Below, in pieces: positions 7,294 through 14,703 of a stretch of DNA of 32,000 nt (positions are counted from its first letter, which is position 1; each line of letters opens with the position of its first letter). Under the pieces are notes generated by a model, which saw only the letters and a program-made list of their open reading frames with translations, was not told where the DNA came from and ran no database searches. Location: positions 510,001 to 542,000 of the forward strand of contig NZ_CP060530.1 of NCBI RefSeq assembly GCF_016806735.1. Direction: 5' to 3'. The stretch comes from Candidatus Micrarchaeum sp. GTDB taxonomy: Archaea; Micrarchaeota; Micrarchaeia; Micrarchaeales; Micrarchaeaceae. The translations under genes and the position numbers were made by a program.

Positions 7294-7701
7294 ATGGAAG
7301 AAAAAATTACGAAGTCAAATAATGGTTCTGAACAAAAGCCGACCTCTCCCGATTTGAAAAACCATGGGCCCGATGCAAGCCATGCCAATGGCACTCCTAC
7401 GGAGAAAGCATGTTCCAAAGATACATTCAAGACGTTCCTGCGTAAGGGCGAAAAAGACGACGGATCCGAAGAAAACATACGCTATAATTTCATATCGAAG
7501 CGCTACAAAGCAATACGGGATGCTACCGCAACCGGAATTACTGTATCGATGGGTGGAATAGTGGTTATGTTTTCGTCAGGCATACTGCTTGACAGCATGA
7601 AGCTTGCTTATTCATCTTTATACTTTGCAGCTGCGGGCATGGCCAGCGCAATGCTGCTGGCTGTGAACGCATTGTACAACAACCGCGGCAAGCAGCCATA
7701 A
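7294..7701 (+). CDS. Hypothetical protein: charged disordered N-terminus with 2 C-terminal hydrophobic spans
   Basis: The ORF is open from GTG 7285; ATG 7294 is preferred because of the GGTG spacing. The N-terminal ~70 aa are rich in K/E/D/S/P. The C-terminus has GITVSMGGIVVMFSSGILL and LYFAAAGMASAMLLAVNAL. No family recognised. Confidence 0.5.
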   Translation: MEEKITKSNNGSEQKPTSPDLKNHGPDASHANGTPTEKACSKDTFKTFLRKGEKDDGSEENIRYNFISKRYKAIRDATATGITVSMGGIVVMFSSGILLDSMKLAYSSLYFAAAGMASAMLLAVNALYNNRGKQP

Positions 7702-7737
7702 GCAAATATATGTTTGCCATAGATCAAGCATTTCGTT

Positions 7738-8727
7738 TCAGGATATTGCTATTCCAAAGACAATTCTGACGACAAGGCCTATGATGGCCGTCACTGCGGC
7801 TGCTCCAAGCGAAACGGTGAGCATTTCTATTATCCTTCTCTTAATGCTGGTGTCGCTGATTATCGCTATCAGCGTTGAAGCTACGGAAAGCACTATGGCA
7901 ACTGAGACTACCGATTCCAATATTCCCACATAACCTACCGCTCCCAATATGAACGGGTACGTGGCGACTACGGCACCCAGGAAATAAAATATTCCCGTAT
8001 AATATGCTTCCTTTGACGGCTTTGTCTGCGTAGAAATCTTCCCGTTCAGCGACGTTTCGACAACTTTCTCGGACTTTGAGGAAATGTATGCTCCGGCAGC
8101 CATGGACAATGTGCCAGACACGCCGACTATTATGCCGCTTATGGCAACTATTATGCTTGATGTGGCCACCATGGCAAGGCCGGCTATGACTGCGAGTATC
8201 TCGACCAACCCATCATTCATGCCGAAGACTATGGATTTCGTGTAGTTTAGCCTTGCCTCGTGTTTCTGTGTCTGCTCAAGCAGCAGCTTTTCATGGTGTT
8301 CTTCATCGCCTATTATGCCCCTTATTTTTTCAAGTTCTGCGCTGCCCAATTCTTTTCCGGCTAGAAGCTCCTTGTATTCCTCCAGCCCTTTGGCCTCGTT
8401 CCTTTCGAGCAGCTTTGTGACAAACGCTATTCCGAGCAGTTTACGGACTATCGGGTATGTCAAAAGCCTGAGCCTAGCTTTGAAGGGTATCTCTACTTCC
8501 TCGATATTTTTTTCGCCCAAGAGCGAGCCCCATATCTTGGCGTGCTTAAACTCAGTCTTGCTCAGCTTGGCCACTAGCCTCTTGAGGGTTTTGTCCTTCT
8601 CTTCGCCTTCTATTGTTTTGTAAAGCCTATAATCCGAAAGCTCGTCCTCAAGAAACCTTTCTTCTATCTCCTTTTTGCCTGGCAATTGCACACCTATGTA
8701 ATTATGAAAGCAGAAACGCAAACGCAT
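7738..8727 (-). CDS. VIT1/CCC1-family Fe/Mn transporter with N-terminal ferritin-like (rubrerythrin-type) domain
   Basis: The C-terminal half has SIVFGMNDGLVEILAVIAGLA plus further hydrophobic spans, the VIT1/CCC1 signature. The N-terminal half has ferritin-like helices (EFKHAKIWGSLLGE ... GDEEHHEKLL). The start is uncertain: ATG 8727, or TTG 8685, which is preceded by GGTG plus 5 nt. Confidence 0.85.
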   Translation of the reverse strand: MRLRFCFHNYIGVQLPGKKEIEERFLEDELSDYRLYKTIEGEEKDKTLKRLVAKLSKTEFKHAKIWGSLLGEKNIEEVEIPFKARLRLLTYPIVRKLLGIAFVTKLLERNEAKGLEEYKELLAGKELGSAELEKIRGIIGDEEHHEKLLLEQTQKHEARLNYTKSIVFGMNDGLVEILAVIAGLAMVATSSIIVAISGIIVGVSGTLSMAAGAYISSKSEKVVETSLNGKISTQTKPSKEAYYTGIFYFLGAVVATYPFILGAVGYVGILESVVSVAIVLSVASTLIAIISDTSIKRRIIEMLTVSLGAAAVTAIIGLVVRIVFGIAIS

Positions 8728-8799
8728 GTCCTTTTAATGTATTATATTTCAATACAAAATTAATAAATAGTGCATTTCAGAAATTAGGATGGTGCTTGT

Positions 8800-9882
8800 G
8801 TGGATATAGAAACAAAGATAGACGTAATAAAGAGCTTCGCCGCAGAAATACTCACAGAACAGGAGCTGAGGGAGCTCCTGCAGTCCAATGAGCATCCCCT
8901 AGCATACGACGGCTTCGAGCCCTCGGGCCTTGCGCACATACCGTTCGGGCTGTACAGGGCCAAGAACATAAAGAAGCTGCTTGGCATAGGCGTTAAATTC
9001 AACATTTATATTGCGGATTACTTCGCATACGTCAACAAAAAAATGGGCGGGGACATCGACCGCATAAGGGACGTCGGGAACTACTTCATAGAGGTGTGGA
9101 AAGCCGCAGGCGTCGACGAAAGCAAGGTCAATATAATCTGGGCCAAGGACTTGATGAAAGATTTTAGCTACTGGGAGACATTTATGAAGGTGGGCAAGAT
9201 GATGTCCCTTGACAGGGTAAAGCGCGCGATAACGATAATGGGTAGGAAGGAGGGCGATTCGCTTGAAGCGGCGCAGCTCTTCTATCCCCCGATGCAGGTT
9301 ACCGACGTCATAATGATGGGCATAGACATATGCCAGCTTGGCATGGACCAGCGCAAGGCCAATGTGCTTGCAAGGGAGGTCACGAAGAGAATGGGGCTCA
9401 AAGTCCCAGTGGCAGTGCACCATCCATACATACTTGGCCTGCAGGGTGCGCCTGAAGATCTCAAGAGCATGGATCCGGACAAGGGCTTCGAATACAAAAT
9501 GTCAAAGTCAAACCCTAAGAGCACCATACTTGTCCATGATTCCGAGGATGAGATAAGGAAAAAGATAAATTCGGCCTACTGCCCAGAGCGAGTAGTAAAT
9601 GGAAACCCTATATTCGATTTTCTCGAGAAGATAATAATAGACGATCCAAAAGCCCAGATAACGATCGACAGGCCTGAGAAGTTCGGCGGAGCTATAGAAG
9701 CAAGCAGCTACCGCGAGCTGGTTTCGCTGTATACCGAGGGCAAAATACATCCTGTTGACATGAAAGCGTATGTGGCAAAGGAGCTGGAGCTGCGCATACG
9801 CCCAATACGCGAGCATTTCGAAAAGGACAAAAGTGCCCGCGAACTTTACGAAAAGGTAAGGTCCTATCAGATAACCAGATAG
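8800..9882 (+). CDS. tyrS: Tyrosine--tRNA ligase, archaeal long form
   Basis: GTG start giving MDIETKI.... Motifs present: YDGFEPSG-LAHIPFG (HIGH region), FYPPMQVTDV, GMDQRKANVLAREV, KMSKSNP (KMSKS loop), RPEKFGG, and a C-terminal ...VRSYQITR. The protein is collinear with archaeal TyrRS as I recall it. Confidence 0.9.
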   Translation: MDIETKIDVIKSFAAEILTEQELRELLQSNEHPLAYDGFEPSGLAHIPFGLYRAKNIKKLLGIGVKFNIYIADYFAYVNKKMGGDIDRIRDVGNYFIEVWKAAGVDESKVNIIWAKDLMKDFSYWETFMKVGKMMSLDRVKRAITIMGRKEGDSLEAAQLFYPPMQVTDVIMMGIDICQLGMDQRKANVLAREVTKRMGLKVPVAVHHPYILGLQGAPEDLKSMDPDKGFEYKMSKSNPKSTILVHDSEDEIRKKINSAYCPERVVNGNPIFDFLEKIIIDDPKAQITIDRPEKFGGAIEASSYRELVSLYTEGKIHPVDMKAYVAKELELRIRPIREHFEKDKSARELYEKVRSYQITR

Positions 9883-9886
9883 GGTG
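9883..9886 (+). promoter_or_regulatory. Shine-Dalgarno-like GGTG, 5 nt upstream of ATG 9892
   Basis: The sequence reads agGGTGttgcgATGata, inside the 9-nt tyrS-ITPase junction. This is consistent with an internal operon gene. Confidence 0.4.
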
Positions 9887-9891
9887 TTGCG

Positions 9892-10422
9892 ATGATAATA
9901 GCAGTCGGGACAAGCAACAGGGTCAAAATCAGCGCTGCCAGAAAAGCCCTGGAAATATCGAAGATCAAAGCCGAAATAGTGCCTGTGAGCGTTGACTCGG
10001 GAGTAAACCCGCAGCCAATGAGCAACGCCGAAGGCATAACCGGGGCCATAAACAGGGCAAAAAACTCGATGTCAAAAGCCAATGCAGATATGGGCATAGG
10101 CATGGAAGGAACAGTGGACGAAAACCCCAATGGGATGTTTCTAACGGGCTGGGTAGCTGTTGTCGACAATGCCGGCAATATAGGTATAGGCTCCAGCGGT
10201 TCAATAATGCTCCCTGAAAAGATTGCTTCCAGGCTTAGGGGAGGGGAAGAGCTCGGTAACGTTATAGACGAAATAGAGAACGGGCAAGGCATAAAGTTCA
10301 ACCAAGGCACAATAGGCGTGCTTACCAAGGGTGCGGTTAAAAGAGAAGACGAATTCGTTACAGCTATACTTCTGGCTCTTGCAAGATTCTTAAGCCGTGA
10401 GTACTACGACAACGGCGATTAA
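9892..10422 (+). CDS. Inosine/xanthosine triphosphatase (YjjX/DUF84-type non-canonical NTP phosphatase)
   Basis: MIIAVGTSNRVK..., SVDSGVNPQPMSNAEGITGAINRAKN, GTIGVLTKGAVKRED and ILLALARF parallel the E. coli YjjX layout (V.SGV..QP....T..GA.NR; G.IG..T.G; ilAl..F). Confidence 0.8.
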   Translation: MIIAVGTSNRVKISAARKALEISKIKAEIVPVSVDSGVNPQPMSNAEGITGAINRAKNSMSKANADMGIGMEGTVDENPNGMFLTGWVAVVDNAGNIGIGSSGSIMLPEKIASRLRGGEELGNVIDEIENGQGIKFNQGTIGVLTKGAVKREDEFVTAILLALARFLSREYYDNGD

Positions 10423-10790
10423 CTGTATTTTTCTATCTGCTCGTTGGCAAGGCCAACAAGCTTGAGAGCATAGCTTCTTTCCATGGAGTTTATTGCGCTT
10501 TCTATTATCGCGTCCCCTGGATTTTTCTCTAGTTCTTTCTTCAGCATGTCAAGCATTTCGTATCTCTTCCTGATCCCGGCAACATTGACCTTAAGCTTCT
10601 CGAGGTCCTTTTCCATCTCTCTGCTGAAGGCATTTATCTCTGATGTGTCGGCGTTGTCGCTAAGCTTCTCTATCCTCTCTTTCATCCTTTCGAGTATTGT
10701 GTGCATTTCTTCGTTTCTTAGCAGAGTGAAGTCATCAAAGGTCCTCTGGTTCTGAGGAATTTGCCTTTTTGCTCTCCTTTCGTTTCTCAT
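10419..10790 (-). CDS. Hypothetical coiled-coil protein (123 aa) with basic N-terminus
   Basis: Basic N-terminus MRNERRAKRQIPQNQR followed by heptad-like charged helices (ILERMKERIEKLSD..., EMEKDLEKLKVNVAGIRKRYEMLDMLKKELEK). Its ATG overlaps the upstream gene's stop (ATGA at 10787-10790). No family recognised. Confidence 0.5.
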   Translation of the reverse strand: MRNERRAKRQIPQNQRTFDDFTLLRNEEMHTILERMKERIEKLSDNADTSEINAFSREMEKDLEKLKVNVAGIRKRYEMLDMLKKELEKNPGDAIIESAINSMERSYALKLVGLANEQIEKYS

Positions 10791-11332
10791 TTCTTTTCCC
10801 CTCTGAGAAGCCTGCCGAGCGGGTCAGTCCTTGGCAGGAAATGGGAATTGTTTATTTCGTATATTATCTCATCAATTATTCTTTTCGCAGCCGCCTCCGC
10901 TTCGGGCTTCATTCCTGTCATTTTTATCTTCGATTTTCCAGATTTTATGTTGTTAATGCTGTCGACTATAACTTCCTCGAAATATTTCTCGTCCAGCATT
11001 TTTATCTTAGCGTTTTCCCAAAGTCTTACAGTATTTTCCATGGATTCGCACGAATCCGAATATCCGTGCTTCAACTTGTAATCAGAAATCGATTCGTTGA
11101 ATAACTTTAGGCTGTTATTTATGGTCTTCTGGCTCAAGGCGCATATGTTGTACAGTACGCTTCCGCTGGCAGTTTCGTGCGAGCTGTCTTCCTTGGCGCA
11201 CATTTCCGCATAAGCCCTTATTGCTGCGGGTACTACCTCCTTGGTCAGGTATGGCTTCAGGTCCGTAAAACTAATCCTAGGGACTTTGAGAGTTACGTAC
11301 TCTATGCCGTTGGCATTGTCCTTGTAAACCAT
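10787..11332 (-). CDS. Hypothetical protein (181 aa)
   Basis: Soluble-looking ORF with no motif I recognise. It is translationally coupled to the 123-aa ORF and diverges from chdC across a 64-nt A/T-rich spacer. Confidence 0.5.
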   Translation of the reverse strand: MVYKDNANGIEYVTLKVPRISFTDLKPYLTKEVVPAAIRAYAEMCAKEDSSHETASGSVLYNICALSQKTINNSLKLFNESISDYKLKHGYSDSCESMENTVRLWENAKIKMLDEKYFEEVIVDSINNIKSGKSKIKMTGMKPEAEAAAKRIIDEIIYEINNSHFLPRTDPLGRLLRGEKK

Positions 11333-11396
11333 TTATACACCATTTATAAGTATAAAACCGTTCTAATAATATTTATACTTTACATGGAAATCCAAT

Positions 11397-12047
11397 ATGA
11401 TAAAACGAGGTGTTTTGTTGGCTAGGGAATATATATCCGAAGTGCTCTCGTTCGCATATGCCAAAAGCTGGTGGGCTCTTGGTAAAAATGAGAGAGCATC
11501 AAAGCTTGCTGGGCTGTCATCAAAACTCAAATCATGGGGCGCATCGTCCAATGCGGCAAAGGCCGGATTATACAATTCCCTTCGAGGAGATTCCGACGTG
11601 CTTTTATGGCTCATGTGCGAGAACCCGAAAGACCTCATGGCCGCAAAACTTATGGCAGAAGAATCCTTATCGGAACATGCGTTATGGAAGGCAGGCTTCC
11701 TTTCAGTATATACTTCATCCAAGGAAAAGCCAGAGCCAGATGGCAAGGATTATTTTGTCGCATATCCCATGAGCAAAAAGCCGGACTGGTACTTGCTTGG
11801 CAAGGAGGAATCAAAGCGAATAGTTGCGGATCACGTAAAGATAGCAGTGGAAAGCAGCCACAACAAAGGAATAACTTCATACACCACTAAGTCTTTTGGC
11901 ATAGCTGATTACGAATTCGTAGTAATATATGAAATACCGAATATTTTTGAATGGGTTGCCGTCACTGAGGAGCTTAGGTCTGCAGAAGCGAGAAAATGGA
12001 TAACCAACGAAGCTCCCATTCTTACCGGAATAAGGATGGATGTGTGA
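11397..12047 (+). CDS. hemQ: Chlorite-dismutase-family protein, coproheme decarboxylase-like (HemQ/ChdC)
   Basis: The C-terminal half matches the Cld/HemQ family: YFVAYPMSKKPDWYLL (Y-P-M-x-K), RIVADHVKIA (conserved His), TSYTTKSFGIADYEFVVIYE, ELRSAEARKWI, PILTGI. It lies 4 nt upstream of the ferrochelatase gene. Confidence 0.75.
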   Translation: MIKRGVLLAREYISEVLSFAYAKSWWALGKNERASKLAGLSSKLKSWGASSNAAKAGLYNSLRGDSDVLLWLMCENPKDLMAAKLMAEESLSEHALWKAGFLSVYTSSKEKPEPDGKDYFVAYPMSKKPDWYLLGKEESKRIVADHVKIAVESSHNKGITSYTTKSFGIADYEFVVIYEIPNIFEWVAVTEELRSAEARKWITNEAPILTGIRMDV

Positions 12048-12051
12048 ATAA

Positions 12052-12945
12052 ATGGATGGGATACTCTTAGTGGCTTATGGAACTCCGAAGGATCTCGATG
12101 ACGTTGAACGATACTACACTGAAATATTGCGTGGAGCCAGGCCTTCAGCTGCCCAGCTTGAAAAACTTAAAAAAAGGTACGCAGCCATAGGTGGGAGTTC
12201 TCCCCTCTTGGATATAACGAACAGCCAGGCCAAAAAGTTGCAGAATCTAATTGACAATAAGATGGAAAAAGCTAAGGTTTATTTTGGCATGAAGTACTCG
12301 GAACCGCATATAATCGACGCGATAAAAAAAGCCAAAGAAGATTCCATTTCTAGGCTTTTTTGCATTCCCGTAGCTCCTTTCTACAGCTACATAGGCCAGG
12401 GCAGCTATTTTGACCGCGTAAAAGCTGCGGCCAAAGAATGTGGCTATTCTGGAGAAATAAAATTTGTAAACTCATGGCACGACGAAATGGGTCTGGCTGA
12501 CGCATGGGCCGAAAAGCTGAAAGAAATCGAAATAGACAAAAGCTGGACAATGCTTTTTACTGCTCACAGCCTTCCGCTTAGCGATGCCGATGACCTGAGC
12601 GTTTACAGGAGAGAGCTCATATATGCATCAAATTCCGTAGAAAAAAGGTTTGGCTGCAAATGGTCCCTAAGCTTCCAGAGCGCAGCTGACGTTCCCGGGA
12701 AATGGATAGGCCCGGATGCCGCATGGCAGATAAATGGCCTTGCAAAGAACGGTGTAAAGAAACTTGTAATAATACCGATAGGCTTCGTATCAGACAATCT
12801 TGAAACTATGTACGACGCAGGAATCGAATACGTGGGGCTGTGCAAGGATCTTGGAATCGAGGTAAAAATGCCTAAGATGCCAAACGACGCTGACGGAATA
12901 ATAACTGCGCTATACAGTGCCTATGTAAAAGCCGCAAAAAAATAA
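12052..12945 (+). CDS. hemH: Ferrochelatase, short soluble type (candidate coproporphyrin ferrochelatase)
   Basis: GILLVAYGTPKDLDDVERYYTEI, YAAIGGSSPLL, FTAHSLPLS and PIGFVSDNLETMYD are ferrochelatase signatures. At 297 aa it has no C-terminal Cys-cluster extension. Confidence 0.85.
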   Translation: MDGILLVAYGTPKDLDDVERYYTEILRGARPSAAQLEKLKKRYAAIGGSSPLLDITNSQAKKLQNLIDNKMEKAKVYFGMKYSEPHIIDAIKKAKEDSISRLFCIPVAPFYSYIGQGSYFDRVKAAAKECGYSGEIKFVNSWHDEMGLADAWAEKLKEIEIDKSWTMLFTAHSLPLSDADDLSVYRRELIYASNSVEKRFGCKWSLSFQSAADVPGKWIGPDAAWQINGLAKNGVKKLVIIPIGFVSDNLETMYDAGIEYVGLCKDLGIEVKMPKMPNDADGIITALYSAYVKAAKK

Positions 12946-12950
12946 TGCAT

Positions 12951-13997
12951 TCAAAGCCTGCGTCCCTTCACAATGCCTACTATCCTTTTAAGATTCTCTG
13001 GAGGAGTGTCTTTCAATACTCCATGTCCGAGGTTGAATATGAATTTATCGATTCCAGACGAATCGTCCAGGATTCCTGATACAGCTTTTTCCATGCTTGC
13101 TCCTCCGGCCCTTGCCAATTCAGGATCAAGATTTCCCTGTATGCCAAACCTTTCGCCCAATTCGTAATAACTCTTGCGTATTGGGGTGCGTGGGTCTAAG
13201 CTTATAAAATCAGGATTCGATTTTGCGAATAGGTCGAGCATGCCGTCGGTCTTGGCGGAAAAATATATCTTCGGAATGTTTTTAGGCAATTCTGACAATA
13301 TGCGCTTGGTTGGCCCCAACACAAACCTTTCATATTCCTCTTTATCTAGCAGGCCGGCCCAGCTGTCAAATATCTGGACAACCGAAACCCCTGCCCTTAT
13401 TTGCGCCTTGATGTAATTGGTTATAAGTACCGAAGCGGCATCCATAGCCTTTTCAAAGCCCTTGGGATCATTATTCATGGCCTCTTTAGAGCGCTCGAAA
13501 GTTCTGGAAGGCCTTCCCTCTATTATGTAGCTGAAAAGCGTGAACGGGCCTCCTGAAAAGCCTATGAGTGGAACTCCGTCGAGCTTTTCGATCGAAAGTC
13601 TTATATTTTCAAGCACGTACTGTGCGTCTCTCTCACAGTCAAACTTTTTGATGCGGTCAATTGCGTCATTGTCACCTATGTCAAGAAGCTTGTCTGCTAT
13701 TGGGCCTATGTTCTCCTCTATATGCAGTTCGTATCCGACCGCTTTTAGCGGTACCATTATATCCGAATACAGCACTGCTGCATCTACGCCAAGCTTTCTT
13801 ACCGGGAGTACGGTTATTTCGGACGAGGTCTCCGGGTCTGACTGTACTTCGAGAACATTGCGCCCTCTTTTAAGCTGGGCATATTCCTTGAGATACCTTC
13901 CGGCCTGTCTCATGAACCAGACTGGATGCCTCTCCACATGCTCGCCCCTCATCGCCCTGACCAAAAGGCCATCTTTATAACTATCCATTCTTTGCAC
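12951..13997 (-). CDS. hemE: Uroporphyrinogen decarboxylase
   Basis: HPVWFMRQAGRYLKEY is the UroD N-terminal signature. GFSGGPFTLFSYIIEG and IFNLGHGV are also present. Confidence 0.92.
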   Translation of the reverse strand: MQRMDSYKDGLLVRAMRGEHVERHPVWFMRQAGRYLKEYAQLKRGRNVLEVQSDPETSSEITVLPVRKLGVDAAVLYSDIMVPLKAVGYELHIEENIGPIADKLLDIGDNDAIDRIKKFDCERDAQYVLENIRLSIEKLDGVPLIGFSGGPFTLFSYIIEGRPSRTFERSKEAMNNDPKGFEKAMDAASVLITNYIKAQIRAGVSVVQIFDSWAGLLDKEEYERFVLGPTKRILSELPKNIPKIYFSAKTDGMLDLFAKSNPDFISLDPRTPIRKSYYELGERFGIQGNLDPELARAGGASMEKAVSGILDDSSGIDKFIFNLGHGVLKDTPPENLKRIVGIVKGRRL

Positions 13998-14703
13998 CTG
14001 CTGCCCTTATCGCCGATTCCAGTGTGTTTATCTCTGCTTCTTTGGCATCTTTAAAAGCCATTTTCGCTTTTACAAGGGCCTTTCTGCCTATGCATATTGC
14101 CTTTAACCCATGAAATCCACTGAAATCATAATCAACGCTCTTGAACAGGGATTCGACCTCAAGGCCGCTTGGAAAAACCACGGCAGAATATCCATGCGGA
14201 TCGAATTCCAGCTTGCAATCCTCGACAGAATAAGCCCTTATCCTTATGTGCATGAATCCCGGCGCAAGCTCCCACGTATCCGTTTTGCCAGCGCTGGAGC
14301 CCGATATCTCTATTACCGGTCCATGCTCCATTCCTGAAATCCTGGCATATACCTCGTAAAGGCCTCCCCTGTCTGGGGCGTATGCCACGTTTATTCCTAA
14401 GCTCTTAAGCTCCATCTCAGTTGCATGCCCGGCTGCAAATACCTTGGCATTTTTCAGAGGGTTTTTTATCCTTAACTCTTTTGCCTTTTCAAAAAACAGG
14501 CTTACCGAGTGCTTGGATCCGAATATTACGTATGCAGCAAGCTCCGCCATCCTTACTGCATTGGCAACGGCTTCCCAGTCGTCGGCAAATGCTATCGCCG
14601 GTATAAATTCCACGTTTTTTAAGCCCTTGAACCTTGATTTTAAAGCTCCTGCCTCCTCTTTTGGGCAGAATACTGCGATTTTATCCTTTGATGTTCCCGG
14701 CAA
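13981..14703 (-). CDS. hemD: Probable uroporphyrinogen-III synthase (divergent)
   Basis: 240-aa ORF wedged between hemC and hemE with overlapping junctions (23 nt and 17 nt). Size and a two-lobe pattern (VIFGSKHSVSLFF ... VVFPSGLEVESLF) fit HEM4. The family is poorly conserved, so the call rests mainly on context. Confidence 0.55.
   Translation of the reverse strand: MPGTSKDKIAVFCPKEEAGALKSRFKGLKNVEFIPAIAFADDWEAVANAVRMAELAAYVIFGSKHSVSLFFEKAKELRIKNPLKNAKVFAAGHATEMELKSLGINVAYAPDRGGLYEVYARISGMEHGPVIEISGSSAGKTDTWELAPGFMHIRIRAYSVEDCKLEFDPHGYSAVVFPSGLEVESLFKSVDYDFSGFHGLKAICIGRKALVKAKMAFKDAKEAEINTLESAIRAAGAKNG

Noticed and set aside
8800-9882. The TyrRS HIGH signature reads H-I-P-F (SGLAHIPFG), considered as a possible inactive paralogue.
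   Set aside because: All other catalytic blocks are intact (YPPMQVTD, GMDQRK, KMSKS, RPEKFGG). As I recall, the long-form archaeal TyrRS subfamily already has a relaxed second half of this motif. Without an alignment I cannot call it abnormal.
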